Shown here: piece after piece, positions 1 to 11,370 of the stretch
Position numbering within the stretch: position 1 is the first letter of the stretch
Layout: every line of letters begins with the position of its first letter
Assembly: GCA_964016885.1 (NCBI GenBank)
Contig: OZ024740.1
Span: 325,624,001-325,688,000, forward strand
Length of the DNA stretch: 64,000 bases
Direction: 5' to 3'
Origin: Eledone cirrhosa
Lineage: Eukaryota
Position numbers and translations under genes: made by a program
The notes under the pieces: generated by a model
The model's input: only the letters and a program-made list of their open reading frames with translations
Told to the model about the DNA's origin: nothing
Database searches by the model: none

Positions 1-280
<280 letters not shown>

Positions 281-281
281 A

Positions 282-999
282 TGTTGTTATACTTTGGGAG
301 GGTCATGTTGCCAATAAGAAACACACGCACCTGTTGCTTTCACTTCAATTTATTATAATAAATTTAGAAATTTAAATTTAGAAATTTTTTCCGGCTGGCT
401 GGTTGGTTCCACAATCAGATGGTTGTTTATATATTGTCAAAGTTCTTTCGTCACACATTGTGTGACCTCTTCAGTGACTGGGGGTTCTTTTCTTTGTTTT
501 TTTTGTGCCTCTCCTTTGCTCTGTCCTACGCCATCTTGTTTTTGTGTGTGTTGTGTGCTTAGTTTGCGCATGTGTTACATCCGGGTGTCTGTGTGTGTTT
601 ATATTCGTTTATTTATTTGTTTATTTACATGTTACTGGTTGGTTGTTTGTTCTATGTGCGTGTGTGTTTTCATTTTGTCCTTAATTGTAAGTTGTGATGT
701 TGCTGTTCCACTCATGTTTTCTATTTAATTTTGGTTGTAATTCATTTATGTTTATTGCCTCTGTGATTTGTCTAAACATTGCGTCTTTTCTGTGTGTAGA
801 TTCTATTTTTATTTCTATGTTCTCTAATTTACCCTTGTGTTCTATTTTAGCATGTTGGTAGAGTACAGATGATTCTTTACTATCTTGAAGGTCTCGCCAG
901 TGTTCATTTATCCGTTCCTCTATACTACGAGCTGTCTCACCTATGTACACTATATTTTTATCTCTACTTTGTCCTTCAGTACATCTTATGCTATATACT
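282..999 (-). mobile_element. Penelope-like element 3' end: GIY-YIG C-terminus, stop codon, 3' UTR/pLTR
   Basis: Minus ORF VYSIRC...YIGETAR...RQITEAININELQPKLNRKHEW*. Followed by a hammerhead motif (436-478) and AATAAA on the minus strand at 349-354. The left boundary is approximate. Confidence 0.85.
436..478 (-). ncRNA. Minimal type I hammerhead ribozyme (PLE pLTR type)
   Basis: Minus strand reads GUCA-CUGAAGA-G-GUCACAC-AAU-GUGUGAC-GAAA-G-AA-C-UU-UGAC: intact core, 7-bp stem II, 4-bp stem I, vestigial stem III. Confidence 0.8.
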
Positions 1000-3185
1000 G
1001 ACGTCGCAGGTCGATGAACAAACAGAAGCACAATTTAGTATAGCTAGATCTAAACTTAGAAATATTATAGAACAGTATAGCAAGAAGCATAATAGAATGG
1101 AGGCCCAGCAACTGGGAGAAAAATATGCAAATGGCATGCGTAAGCTCTTGCAGTGCTCGCGTAATGGAGAGATAGCATGCTTTCCAACAGACAAGTCTGG
1201 CAGAATGTCGGTTGACAGTCTGTCAAACTACATCCAGGCAATGCAACCCCACATCACTAACACAAGAGAAGTAATACCACAAGAGCATGAGGATAGAGAA
1301 AAAGCCCTCAATGCCCATATGGTGATGTGGACAAATATAATGCAGCCAAACAAAAGGACTGCCAACAACTTCCAGGCCTGGAACAATGACGTGCCAGCGT
1401 TGTATGGGCTTCGAAAAGACCATAAAACGAGCAGTGACCCTGTCACGGGACCACCAACACCGCCAGTCTGTGGAGCTAACATTGCTAGTAACTACAGACT
1501 TTCCTATTCCTCTCCCTGATCATACGCCCCATCATTGAAATGTCCCCAGATGTATGTGACAGCACGGAGGACCTCCTCAGCAGAACGGCGAGAGTAACAG
1601 ATCTAGGGACCTAACAAACTGCATAATAGGTAGTATGGATGTTGTGTCCCTGTATCCATCTATTGACGCGGATTTTGCTGTTGAGAAATGCGTAGAAATG
1701 ATCAGTGAGAGGAATGTTGAATTCTGTGGGATTGATACCAGTGAGCTGGGACTCCTACCTAAACTTACCTATAGTAATAATTATCTAGACACATATGACC
1801 TTAGCAACCTGTGGCCTACAAGACCAGCAAGAGGCAGACCACCTACCATTAGCTCAATGGCCAAGAAAGCCCACACAGATAGATGGAACGGGTGGACCAG
1901 AGCCATACGGACCCCCGAAAACCACGATGAACTAAAGAAAATGATTGCACATGCGGTGGAGGCCAGCATTAAATTAACCCTTAAGGAACATATGTTCAAA
2001 TTTAATGGAAAAACATATGCCCAAGAGGAGGGGGCAGCCATTGGTGTTAGTATTGCAGGCGACATAGCTAACTTATTCATGGTATGGTGGGACAGTAGAC
2101 TTAAAATTAAACTTAAAGAACAATTAGAAGACCCCTTAACCCTGATAATGTACTCCCGCTACGTTGATGATATAAACATCGTAGTTAAAACACCCACACT
2201 AGAGAACAGTCAGGAATTAGAGAAAAACACAATGGAAAGCATCCAGCAAATAGCTAACTCCATCCACCAGAGTATTAGAGTTACTATAGACTACCCAAGC
2301 AAACACCCTAACCATCGATTACCTGTACTAGACACAGAGCTCTGGTTAGATACCATTAATAACAAAAAACAAATCCTCCATTCCCATTATGCCAAACCCA
2401 TGACTTCCAAATATCTGATCCACCGAAACTCAGCTGTTTCCGACCATACCAAAATCAACATACTGATTGCGGATTTGGTACGGGTGATGAGAAACGTGTC
2501 CCGCATGTGCAACCCCGAAGAACTAGAGAGACACATACAACACTTCATCCACCGTATGCAGTTCTCTGGTTACTGTCAGAGAGATAAAATCAGAGTGTAT
2601 AGAGGAGCCAGAACCAAATGGGAAAAAATGGTAAATAATGACACAAATGGGACCTGCCCCTTGTATAGGAGCACATTTTGGAATAGAATAGAAAGAACTA
2701 GGAATAAGGCTAATAGAATAAACTCATGATATGATAGCAATAAATACCAGAGTGTGATGTTCATCGATACAACCCCTAGAGGTGAATTAGCTTACAAATT
2801 TAGAAGGGCCCTGGATAAACATAAACTCAATATTAAGATAGTAGAAAGACCAGGTACCTCCATAAAAATACTTATTAGCAAGACATACCCGTTTCAAATA
2901 CCTCCCTGTATAGATAAGAAATGTATAATCTGTAATTTAAGCCCCCATATTAACTGTAAAACTAGAAATGTAGTATATAGCATAAGATGTACTGAAGGTC
3001 AATGTAGAGATAAAAATATAGTGTACATAGGTGAGACAGCTCGTAGTATAGGGGAACGGATAAATGAACACTGGCGAGACCTTCAAGATAGTAAAGAATC
3101 ATCTGTACTCTACCAGCATGCTAAAATAGACCATAAGGGTAAATTAGAGAACATAGAAATAAAAATAGAATCTACACACAGAAAA
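1000..3185 (+). mobile_element. Penelope-like retroelement ORF (RT + Cys-rich linker + GIY-YIG), pseudogenised and truncated
   Basis: Motifs TDKSG, MDVVSLYPSID, GAAIGVS, RYVDD, CxxxxCxxC linker, NVVYSIRC and YIGETAR. Frameshifts near 1507 and about 1590; in-frame TGA at 2727-2729. Confidence 0.92.
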
Positions 3186-3190
3186 CACAG

Positions 3191-3211
3191 AGACCGCTCG
3201 GCCATCCTGAC
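3191..3211 (-). pseudogene. tRNA-Leu(CAA) 5' fragment (first 21 nt) cut by the Penelope junction
   Basis: agaccgctcggccatcctgac followed by the usual upstream flank. Confidence 0.85.
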
Positions 3212-3881
3212 AACTGATGCATAACGTTATATTTTGAAGAGTTATGAACATAAAAATCAACTACTGACAGTGTATAAAACTGACAATATACTGTATGGTG
3301 TAGAATAGATATAAATTAAATTCTAGTTTTACACATTGAGCCTGTTTCTTACGACGTCTTGGTCTTAGAAATAACTGACCAGTATTGGGTGTGTTACGAC
3401 GTCTTCGTCATAGTAAGGACTGACTTGTATTAGGTATCATAAAATGTCTTGGTTTTCAGCCTGAGGTTTCTTAGCCTTCTTTGTCTTAATTAAAACTGAC
3501 CAGCATTAGACCAATTCAAAATCTCGGTCTTAGTTTCAATAAAATGTTTGGGCAAAGCTATATAGTCGTTTTAAAAGCAGCGTTTATTAATTAACTTAAT
3601 GTCTTTTTAAAAATTAACACTTAAGACATCCGGAACATTCTACCGCTGTAAGTAAACAACGAACAGTCTACTTAGTAAGATCAATACAATACAAATGAAC
3701 GTTAGCTGGTTGATCTGTATATATAAGTTTAGTATGGTTTAATAGTAAAAGAAATAACATTACAACATACACGGGACATGACATTATGTCTTATCCAGGT
3801 ATCTATAGGTAGTTTGTATATGATAATTTAGAATGATTTATTATTAAGGGAGAATATTTATAATTAATTATGGTTAATAAT

Positions 3882-4070
3882 TGTTTCTACTTTTGGCACA
3901 AGGCCAGCAATTATCTCAGTGGATTACTGGTACTTTATTTTATCAACCACGTAAGGATGAAAGGCAAAGTTAACCTCGGCGGGATTTGAACTCAGTCCGT
4001 AAAGGGACGTAACTGTGCTGCAAAGCATGGCGTCCGACACTCTACCGATACTGACAATCCACCGCCCTCA
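3882..4070 (-). mobile_element. tRNA-derived SINE with ~16-bp target-site duplication
   Basis: A/B-box-like head (GAGTTCAAATCCC) and GCCTTTCATCC...GATAAAATAAAGTACCAG core. TSD aattatggttaataat / aattatgattaataat. Empty paralogous site near 5993-6008. Confidence 0.85.
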
Positions 4071-4646
4071 AATTATGATTAATAATGATTTTAAAAATAT
4101 TACTGAAAATTACTGGCAATGGTTTAAATGAATAATTAATATATATCAACATAAATATATATAAAAATATAAACAGATGGTTATAATATACAACAATTAC
4201 CACATATCTTGTATGTATAACGGTTCAATATATACTACTGCATATGGTATATGCACCACTCGCCTCATGTCCCACATGTAGACCTGCCTAAAATACAACT
4301 GGTACTTTTATATACATCAGCTACAAGTCCTCTATATATTAGAGTACCATATCCCCTATGTATTTGTTTGTACATGCATGTGATATATATACACCAACTA
4401 CAACATGCCATGTGTGTATAATAGCATAATATACAACTGGCTGTATCACATATACTGTGTATATAATATTTTAATATATAAAACTAGTTGCTATATATAC
4501 AATAGTTACCTCATGTATTTGTATATAATATTTTAAACTTAGATTGAATTTCACTCTGATAAATATATAAATAAGAAACGTATATATTTGAGAGGTAAAA
4601 TATGTTGAGAGAAATATAAGAATTACATAAATCAAAAGTAAACGAT

Positions 4647-4759
4647 TGTCAGAAGTGGGATTCGAACCCACGCCCACATTAGTGTACCAGAATACTCAAG
4701 GTTCTGGTTAAGGCATTACACCTTGAGTCTGGCGCCTTAGACCGTTCGGCCATCCTGAA
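4647..4759 (-). pseudogene. tRNA-Leu(CAA), full length with substitutions
   Basis: G1>T plus D-loop and variable-arm changes relative to the array consensus. Confidence 0.75.
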
Positions 4760-5253
4760 AACTGATGTGTAAGGAAATATTTCAAAGACTTATGAACATA
4801 AACATCAACTACTGGCAGTGTGTAAAAGTGATAATATATTGTATGGTGCAGAATGGTGTGAATTAAATTCTAGTTTTACACATTGAGCCTGGTGTTTGAC
4901 GATGAATTGGTCTAAGTAAGGACTGACTAGTATTAGGTGGCATATGATGTCTTGGTTTTTAGCCTTGGTTGTCTTAGCCTTTCTTTTTCAATGACATCTA
5001 ACAAATCAGGAACGTTCTTTCGTTATAAGTAGACAACTGGCTGCAATATATACAAGCTGTCACATACTCAGTGTATATAATATGTTCATATATAAAACTA
5101 GTTATTATATATACAAGAGTTATCACATGTTTTTGCATATAAATTTTAAACTAAGACTGAATTTCACGCTGATAAATATATATACAAGATACGTATATAT
5201 TTAAGAGGCAAAATATGTTGAGAGAAATATAAGAATTACATAAAATAAAAGCT

Positions 5254-5366
5254 TGTCGGAAGTGGGATTCGAACACGCGCTCACATTAGTGGACCAGAAT
5301 ACTCAATGTTCTGGTTAAGGTATTACACCTTGAGTCTGGCGCCTTAGACCGCTCGGCCATCCTGAC
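5254..5366 (-). pseudogene. tRNA-Leu(CAA), full length with T-stem and acceptor substitutions
   Basis: gaacacgcgctc and tgtcgga variants disrupt pairing. Confidence 0.75.
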
Positions 5367-6462
5367 AACTGATGCATAACGCTATATTTTGAAGAGTTAT
5401 GAACAGTGTGTAATTGACAATATACTGTATGGTGTAGAATAGATATAAATTAAATTCTAGTGTTACACCTTGAGCCTATTTCTTACGACGTCTTGGTCTT
5501 AGAAATGACTGACCAGTATTTGGTGCCTTACCACGTTATTAAGGACTGACTAATATTAGGTGTCATAAAATGTCTTGGTTTTCAGCCTGAGGTGTCTTAG
5601 CCCTCTTTGTCTTAGTTAAAACTGACCATCATTAGACCAATTCAAAGTCTGGGTCTTAGTTTCAGTAAAATGTTTCAGTAAAGCTATATAGTCGTTTTAA
5701 AAGCAGCGTTTATTAATTAAACTTAATGTCTTTAAAAAAACTAACACTTAAGACATCCGGAACATTCTACCGCTGTAATTAGACAACGATCAGTCTACTT
5801 AGTAAAATCAATACAATACAAATGAGCGTTAGCTGGTTGATCTGTATATATAAGTTTAGTATGGTTTAATAGTAAAAGGAATAACATTACAACATACATG
5901 GGACATCACATTATGTCTTATCCAGGTATCTACAGGTAATTTGTATATGATAATTTAGAATGATTTATTAGTAAGGGAGAATATTTATAATTAATTATGG
6001 TTAATAAGGATTTTTAAAATATGACTGAAAATTACTCTTATTGGTTTATATAATTTATTGATTTATATGTATATAATATATACAAAAAAACGGTGGTTAT
6101 AATATACACCAACACCCGCTGACCTGTGTGTATAGCAGTGTAACATATACTACCGGTTGTTCTATATACACGACTCACCACATATCCAGCATGTATAACA
6201 CCAACTACAATATGTCATGAGTGTATAGTGGCTTAATATACAACAGGCTGCAATATAAACCAACCACCATATCTTTTGTGTATATAATATTTTAATATAT
6301 AAAAGCAGTTGTTATATATACAACAGGCACCACGTGTTTTTGTATATAATATTTTAAACTTAGACTGAATTTCATGCTGATAAATATATTAACAAGTAAA
6401 GTATATATTTGAGAGGTAAAATATAAGTATAATACAAAATTAAAAGATAATCAAAATAAAAA

Positions 6463-6564
6463 CAGAAGTGGGATTCGAACCAACGTCCAATTTAGTGGAC
6501 AATAACACTCAATGTTCTGGTTAAGGTGTTAAACCTTGAGGCCGGCGCCTTAGACCATCCTGAC
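6463..6564 (-). pseudogene. tRNA-Leu(CAA) pseudogene class D with 8-bp D-arm deletion
   Basis: Shares class-D diagnostics (caacgtccaatttagtggac) with the plus-arm copies. Confidence 0.85.
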
Positions 6565-6744
6565 GATTGACGTGCAACGGAATATTTGAAAGTCTTATGA
6601 ACATCAACTACTGGCATGAGACGACAGATACATTGAAGAAATATCCAACGCTTTAATGGCTGCGAAATCGATTGCCTTAAATATATGATAGAAAAACAGA
6701 AACAAATAATTGAAAGAGAAACAAAAAAACACAACAAATAAATC

Positions 6745-6857
6745 TGTCAGAAGTGGGATTCGAACCCACGCCCACATTAATGGACCAGAATACTCAATGT
6801 TCTGGTTAAGGCATTACACCTTGAGTCGGGCGTCTTAGGCCGCTCGGCCATCCGGAC
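6745..6857 (-). pseudogene. tRNA-Leu(CAA), full length with several stem substitutions
   Basis: tccggac and gtcgggcgtcttaggcc variants. Confidence 0.75.
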
Positions 6858-7257
6858 AACCGGTGTATAACGACATATTTCAAAGACTTATAGAGATTGA
6901 CGTCAATTACTGGCAATGTGTAAAAGTTGACAATATACTGTTTGGTGTAGAATACATATAAATTATATTATTGGTATACCAGTGGCTACATGTCCTCTGT
7001 ATATTAGAGTACCATATTCCTTATGTATATGTATATACAAGTATGTGCTATATAAACACCAACTACATGCCTTAATATAAACCAGCAACATCATCATCTA
7101 TGTATGTAATATTTTAATATATAAAAGTTACCTCATGTTTCTGTATATAATATTTTTAACTAAGACTGAATTTCACGCTGATAAATATATTAACAAATAG
7201 CGTATATATTTGAGAGTTGAGTGAATACAGGAATTACGCAAAACAAAAATAAAAGGT

Positions 7258-7357
7258 TGTCAGAAGGGGTATTCCAGCCCACGCCCACATTAGTGGACCA
7301 GAATGCTCAATGTTTTGGTTAAGGTATTACACCTTTAGACCGCTCGGCCATCCTGAC
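7258..7357 (-). pseudogene. tRNA-Leu(CAA) pseudogene lacking the 5' side of the anticodon arm
   Basis: 13-bp deletion and degraded B box. Confidence 0.85.
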
Positions 7358-7876
7358 AACTGTTTAACAATCACTGAAATTATACTGATCAGTGGTTCAC
7401 TCTAGAAATTGTCTTCCTAAGGCCATAGCAAGCTGGTTAACAAATTCGGTTGGCAGTGTGTAAAATTGACAATATACTGTATGGTGTAGAATAGATATAA
7501 ATTAAATTATAGATTTACACATTGAGCCTGGTGTCTTACGACGTCTTAAGTCTTAGCATGGACTGATCTGCATCGGGTCTTTTAAGACATCTTAGTCTCT
7601 GTAAGGACTGACCTGTATTAGGTCTCATGAGATGTCTTGGTCACTTAGTCTCCAACATTAGGTTCTTAGCCCTCTTTCTCTTAGTTAAAACTCACCTGCA
7701 TTAGACCAATTAAAAGACCGGGCTTTAGTTTGAATAAAATGTTTGGTAAAAGCGATATAGTAGTTTCGAAAGTATGTTTTATAAATTAAACCTAATGGGG
7801 TTTTTTTTTCTAAAAATGACTCTTAATTGCAGGAAACAAAAATAAAAGCTTAATAACACAGAAAAAGAAAGAAGGC

Positions 7877-7949
7877 TGTCAGGAGAGGGATTTGAACCCA
7901 CGCCCACATTAGTGGATCAGAATACTCAATGTTCTGGCTAAGGTATTAC
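7877..7949 (-). pseudogene. tRNA-Leu(CAA) 3' half fragment
   Basis: Exon 2 and most of the intron only. Confidence 0.8.
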
Positions 7950-8007
7950 TGGGGTATTACGCTGGAATTATACTGAGCAGTGGTTCACTCTAGAATTTGT
8001 CTTCCTA

Positions 8008-8432
8008 AAGGCATAGCAGATTGGTTAAGAAATTCGTTTGGCAATCCTGAGGACTTGGCTTCGAGCGCCACCATGAGACCAATTAAAATACATTCTCAGA
8101 AACGTATATGTTTCAGAGGTTAAATATGTTGAGAGAAATATAGATATTACTTAAAAGAAAAGGTTGGTATATTCTTTAAGGTTAACTCTTCCGGTTTGTG
8201 ATTAGAAGACAGAAACCTGGAACATATATCCTACACTTGAATGAGTGCCAAATTGCTCACCTTAATTGTATGAAAGAAATGATTAAGAATTGGTTAAGAA
8301 ATTCAGTTTGCAATACTGAGGACTTGGGTTCGGGCCCCACTACGAGGTATCTGCAACATTTTTACTATGGCCACGGTTCGACCCATGACAATTATATTGT
8401 TTAAACGAATGAATTGTACCTGTAATCAAGCT
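8008..8432 (+). mobile_element. Degenerate tRNA-derived SINE fragments (related piece at about 7380-7455)
   Basis: Repeated tagcagattggttaagaaattc...gaggacttgggttcg head with A/B-box resemblance. Confidence 0.5.
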
Positions 8433-8923
8433 TAGTAACTCTCCGTTGCACATATTTTTCATATATTTTTCACATATTTTTCGCTGTACATAATAAGATC
8501 AATACAATACAAATGAACGTTTCCTGCTTGATCTGTATACGTAAGTTTAGTATGGTTTAACAGTGAAAGAAATAATATTACAACATACATGGTTAGATAC
8601 AGAGTTATATGAAAGAAAATTATTGTAATTGGTTTAAATGAATTATTAATATATATAAACATAAAATATATAAAACTATAAACAGCTAGTTATAATATAC
8701 ACCAACCAACATATATCTTGTATATATAGCAGTTTAAAATATAACTGGTACTTTTCTATACACCAGCTACTACATGTTCTTTGTATATTAGTTTACCATG
8801 TCCACTATACACACACATACACACATATCCAACACTTTAAAGACTGCGAAATCGATTGCATTAAATATATGATAGAAAAACAGAGACAAATAATTGAAAA
8901 AGGAGAAGAATAAAAACAAAAAT

Positions 8924-9036
8924 TGTCAGAAGTGGGATTCGAACCCACGCCCACATTAGTGGACCAGAATACTCAATGTTCTGGTTAAGGTACTACACCT
9001 TGAGTCTGGCGCCTTAGACCACTCGGCCATCCTGAC
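8924..9036 (-). tRNA. tRNA-Leu-CAA: tRNA-Leu(CAA), intron-containing, intact
   Basis: 38-nt exon 1, 29-nt intron, 46-nt exon 2; intact A/B boxes; T5 terminator 2 nt downstream. Confidence 0.93.
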
Positions 9037-9279
9037 AACTGATATATAGTGGGATATTTTAAAGCCATATGAACATAAGTATCAACTACTGTCAGTGAGT
9101 AAAATTGACAATATACTGTATGGTGTAGAATACATGTGAATTAAATTCTAGTTTTACACATTGAGCCTAGTGTCTTACAACGTATAGTCTTAGTAAAGAC
9201 TGACCAGCATTGGGTGTCATAATATGACTTGTTCTTCAGCCTTAAGTATCTTCATTAAAACTCACCAGCATTAGACCAA

Positions 9280-9760
9280 CTAGCAGAAAAACCTTTGGGG
9301 TGGTTTTCTGCTAGCATGTTGTAGTGTGTATATTGATATTATACGCAAGTATATATAAATGTAGATATGATACGTCAAATAAAATCGTAATTGACAATAT
9401 ACACAGAAATTGAACGAAGACTGCGCTACACTCTCTTATGTAATCAGTAACGTAATCCATTAAACATTTTTTAAAAAAACGATATTATATATAAACTGCA
9501 TTGGGAGCAAATTAGTGACAGAAAATTAATATGTTTATTTAAGCGATCGCAACCGGGAGTGTTGACATTTGAAGATTTTAAAGAAGTGAATCTTTAAATA
9601 AATAATAAAATATATTTAATGAACAGCCACGAAATTTAGTAGATAAATTATGTAATATACATTCATTATTTATTCAAAGTAATCCAACTTATTTTACTCA
9701 GAGGATAAAAGATTATAAACAGTACGCAGTCCCGCGATTCTTACTTTATTATAGTTTAGA
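9280..9760 (-). mobile_element. Non-autonomous Helitron (481 bp)
   Basis: Minus strand starts TC(TAAACTATAATAAAG) and ends in a hairpin plus CTAG. Inserted between A and T with no TSD; paralogous units show the empty site ttagaccaa|ttcaaa. Confidence 0.85.
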
Positions 9761-10056
9761 TTCAAAGACTCGGTCTTAGTTTTAGTCATATAAATCAACT
9801 AATTATTTCAACCAATAACAATAATTTACTTTCATATTTCTTAAATCATTATCAACCATAATTAATTATAAATATTTTCTCTAACTAATAAATCATTCTG
9901 AATTATTATAGACAAAATACCTGTCGGTATGTGGATAAGACATAATGTGATGTCCCATGTATCTTGGATTGTTTCTGCTGATCGGCAAGATGTCTTAAAT
10001 ACCTAATACTGAAGACACGCATGTCTTAAAACTAATAATTAAAAGAGAAACAAAAC

Positions 10057-10183
10057 ACACACACACAAACACACACACACACTCTCTCTCTCTCTCTCTC
10101 TCTCTCTCACAGACACAGACACAGACACAGACACACTCTCTCTCACGCACACACACACAGGCGCGCGCGCACACACACACAGA

Positions 10184-10235
<52 letters not shown>

Positions 10236-10245
10236 TACATACACA
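10057..10245. repeat. Compound (CA)/(CT)/(CACAGA)/(CACG) microsatellite
   Basis: Visible; inverted paralog of the (TG)n tract at 39448-39640. Confidence 0.9.
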
Positions 10246-10269
10246 AACCCACATGAGAAACACACATTC

Positions 10270-10347
10270 CCTGTGTGTATAACAGTTTAAAGTACAACTG
10301 GTGTATATAGGAGTACCAGTTGTACTTTAAACTGTTATACACACAGG
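10270..10347. repeat. Perfect 33-bp inverted repeat with 12-bp spacer, at the inversion axis of the tRNA array
   Basis: cctgtgtgtataacagtttaaagtacaactggt / accagttgtactttaaactgttatacacacagg; tRNA orientation flips here. Confidence 0.92.
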
Positions 10348-11370
10348 ACATGTGGTGGTTGTTATATATACAACAGTCAAATATATATATTACACTGTTA
10401 TACACACAGGACATGTGGTGGTTGTTATATATACAACAGTCAAATATATATATTACACTGTTATACACAGGACATGTGGTGGTTGTTATATATACAACAG
10501 CCGAATATATATATTACACTGCTATACACACAGGTCATGTGGTTGTATTGATGTCATTGAAAAAGTAAAACTATAAGTTGAATTAGTAAAACACACTTCT
10601 AAAACTACTATATCGCTTTTGCTAAATATTTTATTCACACAGGAATGAGTGTTTCTAGGAATGAGTGTTTCTTTGTGTGTGCGTGGGTGTGTGTGTGTTT
10701 GTGTGTGTATGTTGTTGTTGTTTCTCTTGCAATTATTAGTTTTAAGACATGCGTGTCTTCAGTATTAGGTATTTAAAACATCTTGCCGATCAGCAGAAAC
10801 ATTCCAAGATACATGGGACATCACATTATGTCTTATCCACATACCGACGGGCATTTTCAGAATGATTTATTAGTTGAGAAAATACTTATAATTAATTATG
10901 GTTGATAATTATTTAAAAAATATGAAAGTAAATTATTGTTATTGGTTGAAATAATTAGTTGATTTATATGACTAAAACTAAGACCGAGTCTTTCAATTAA
11001 TCTAATGGGAGTGAGTTTTAATCAAGACACCCAAACATTTTATTGAATCTAACACCGAGATTATGAATTGGTCTGATGATGGTCAGTTTTAACTAAGACA
11101 AAGAAGGCTAAGAAACCTCAGGCTGAAAACCAAGACGTTTTATGACACCTAATACAAGTCAGTCCCTACTATGACGAAGACGTCGTAACACACCCAATAC
11201 TGGTCAGTCATTTCTAAGACCAAGACGTCGTAAGAAACAGGCTGAATGTGTAAAACTAGAATTTAATTTATATCTATTCTACACCATACAGTATATTGTC
11301 AGTTTTACACACTGTCTGTAGTTGATTTTTATGTTCATAACTCTTCAAAATATATCGTTATGCATCAGTT

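Noticed and set aside
2727-2729. In-frame TGA in the Penelope ORF as possible selenocysteine or readthrough
   Set aside because: The context (NS*YD) fits a TGG>TGA mutation, and the copy also has two frameshifts; no SECIS was identified.
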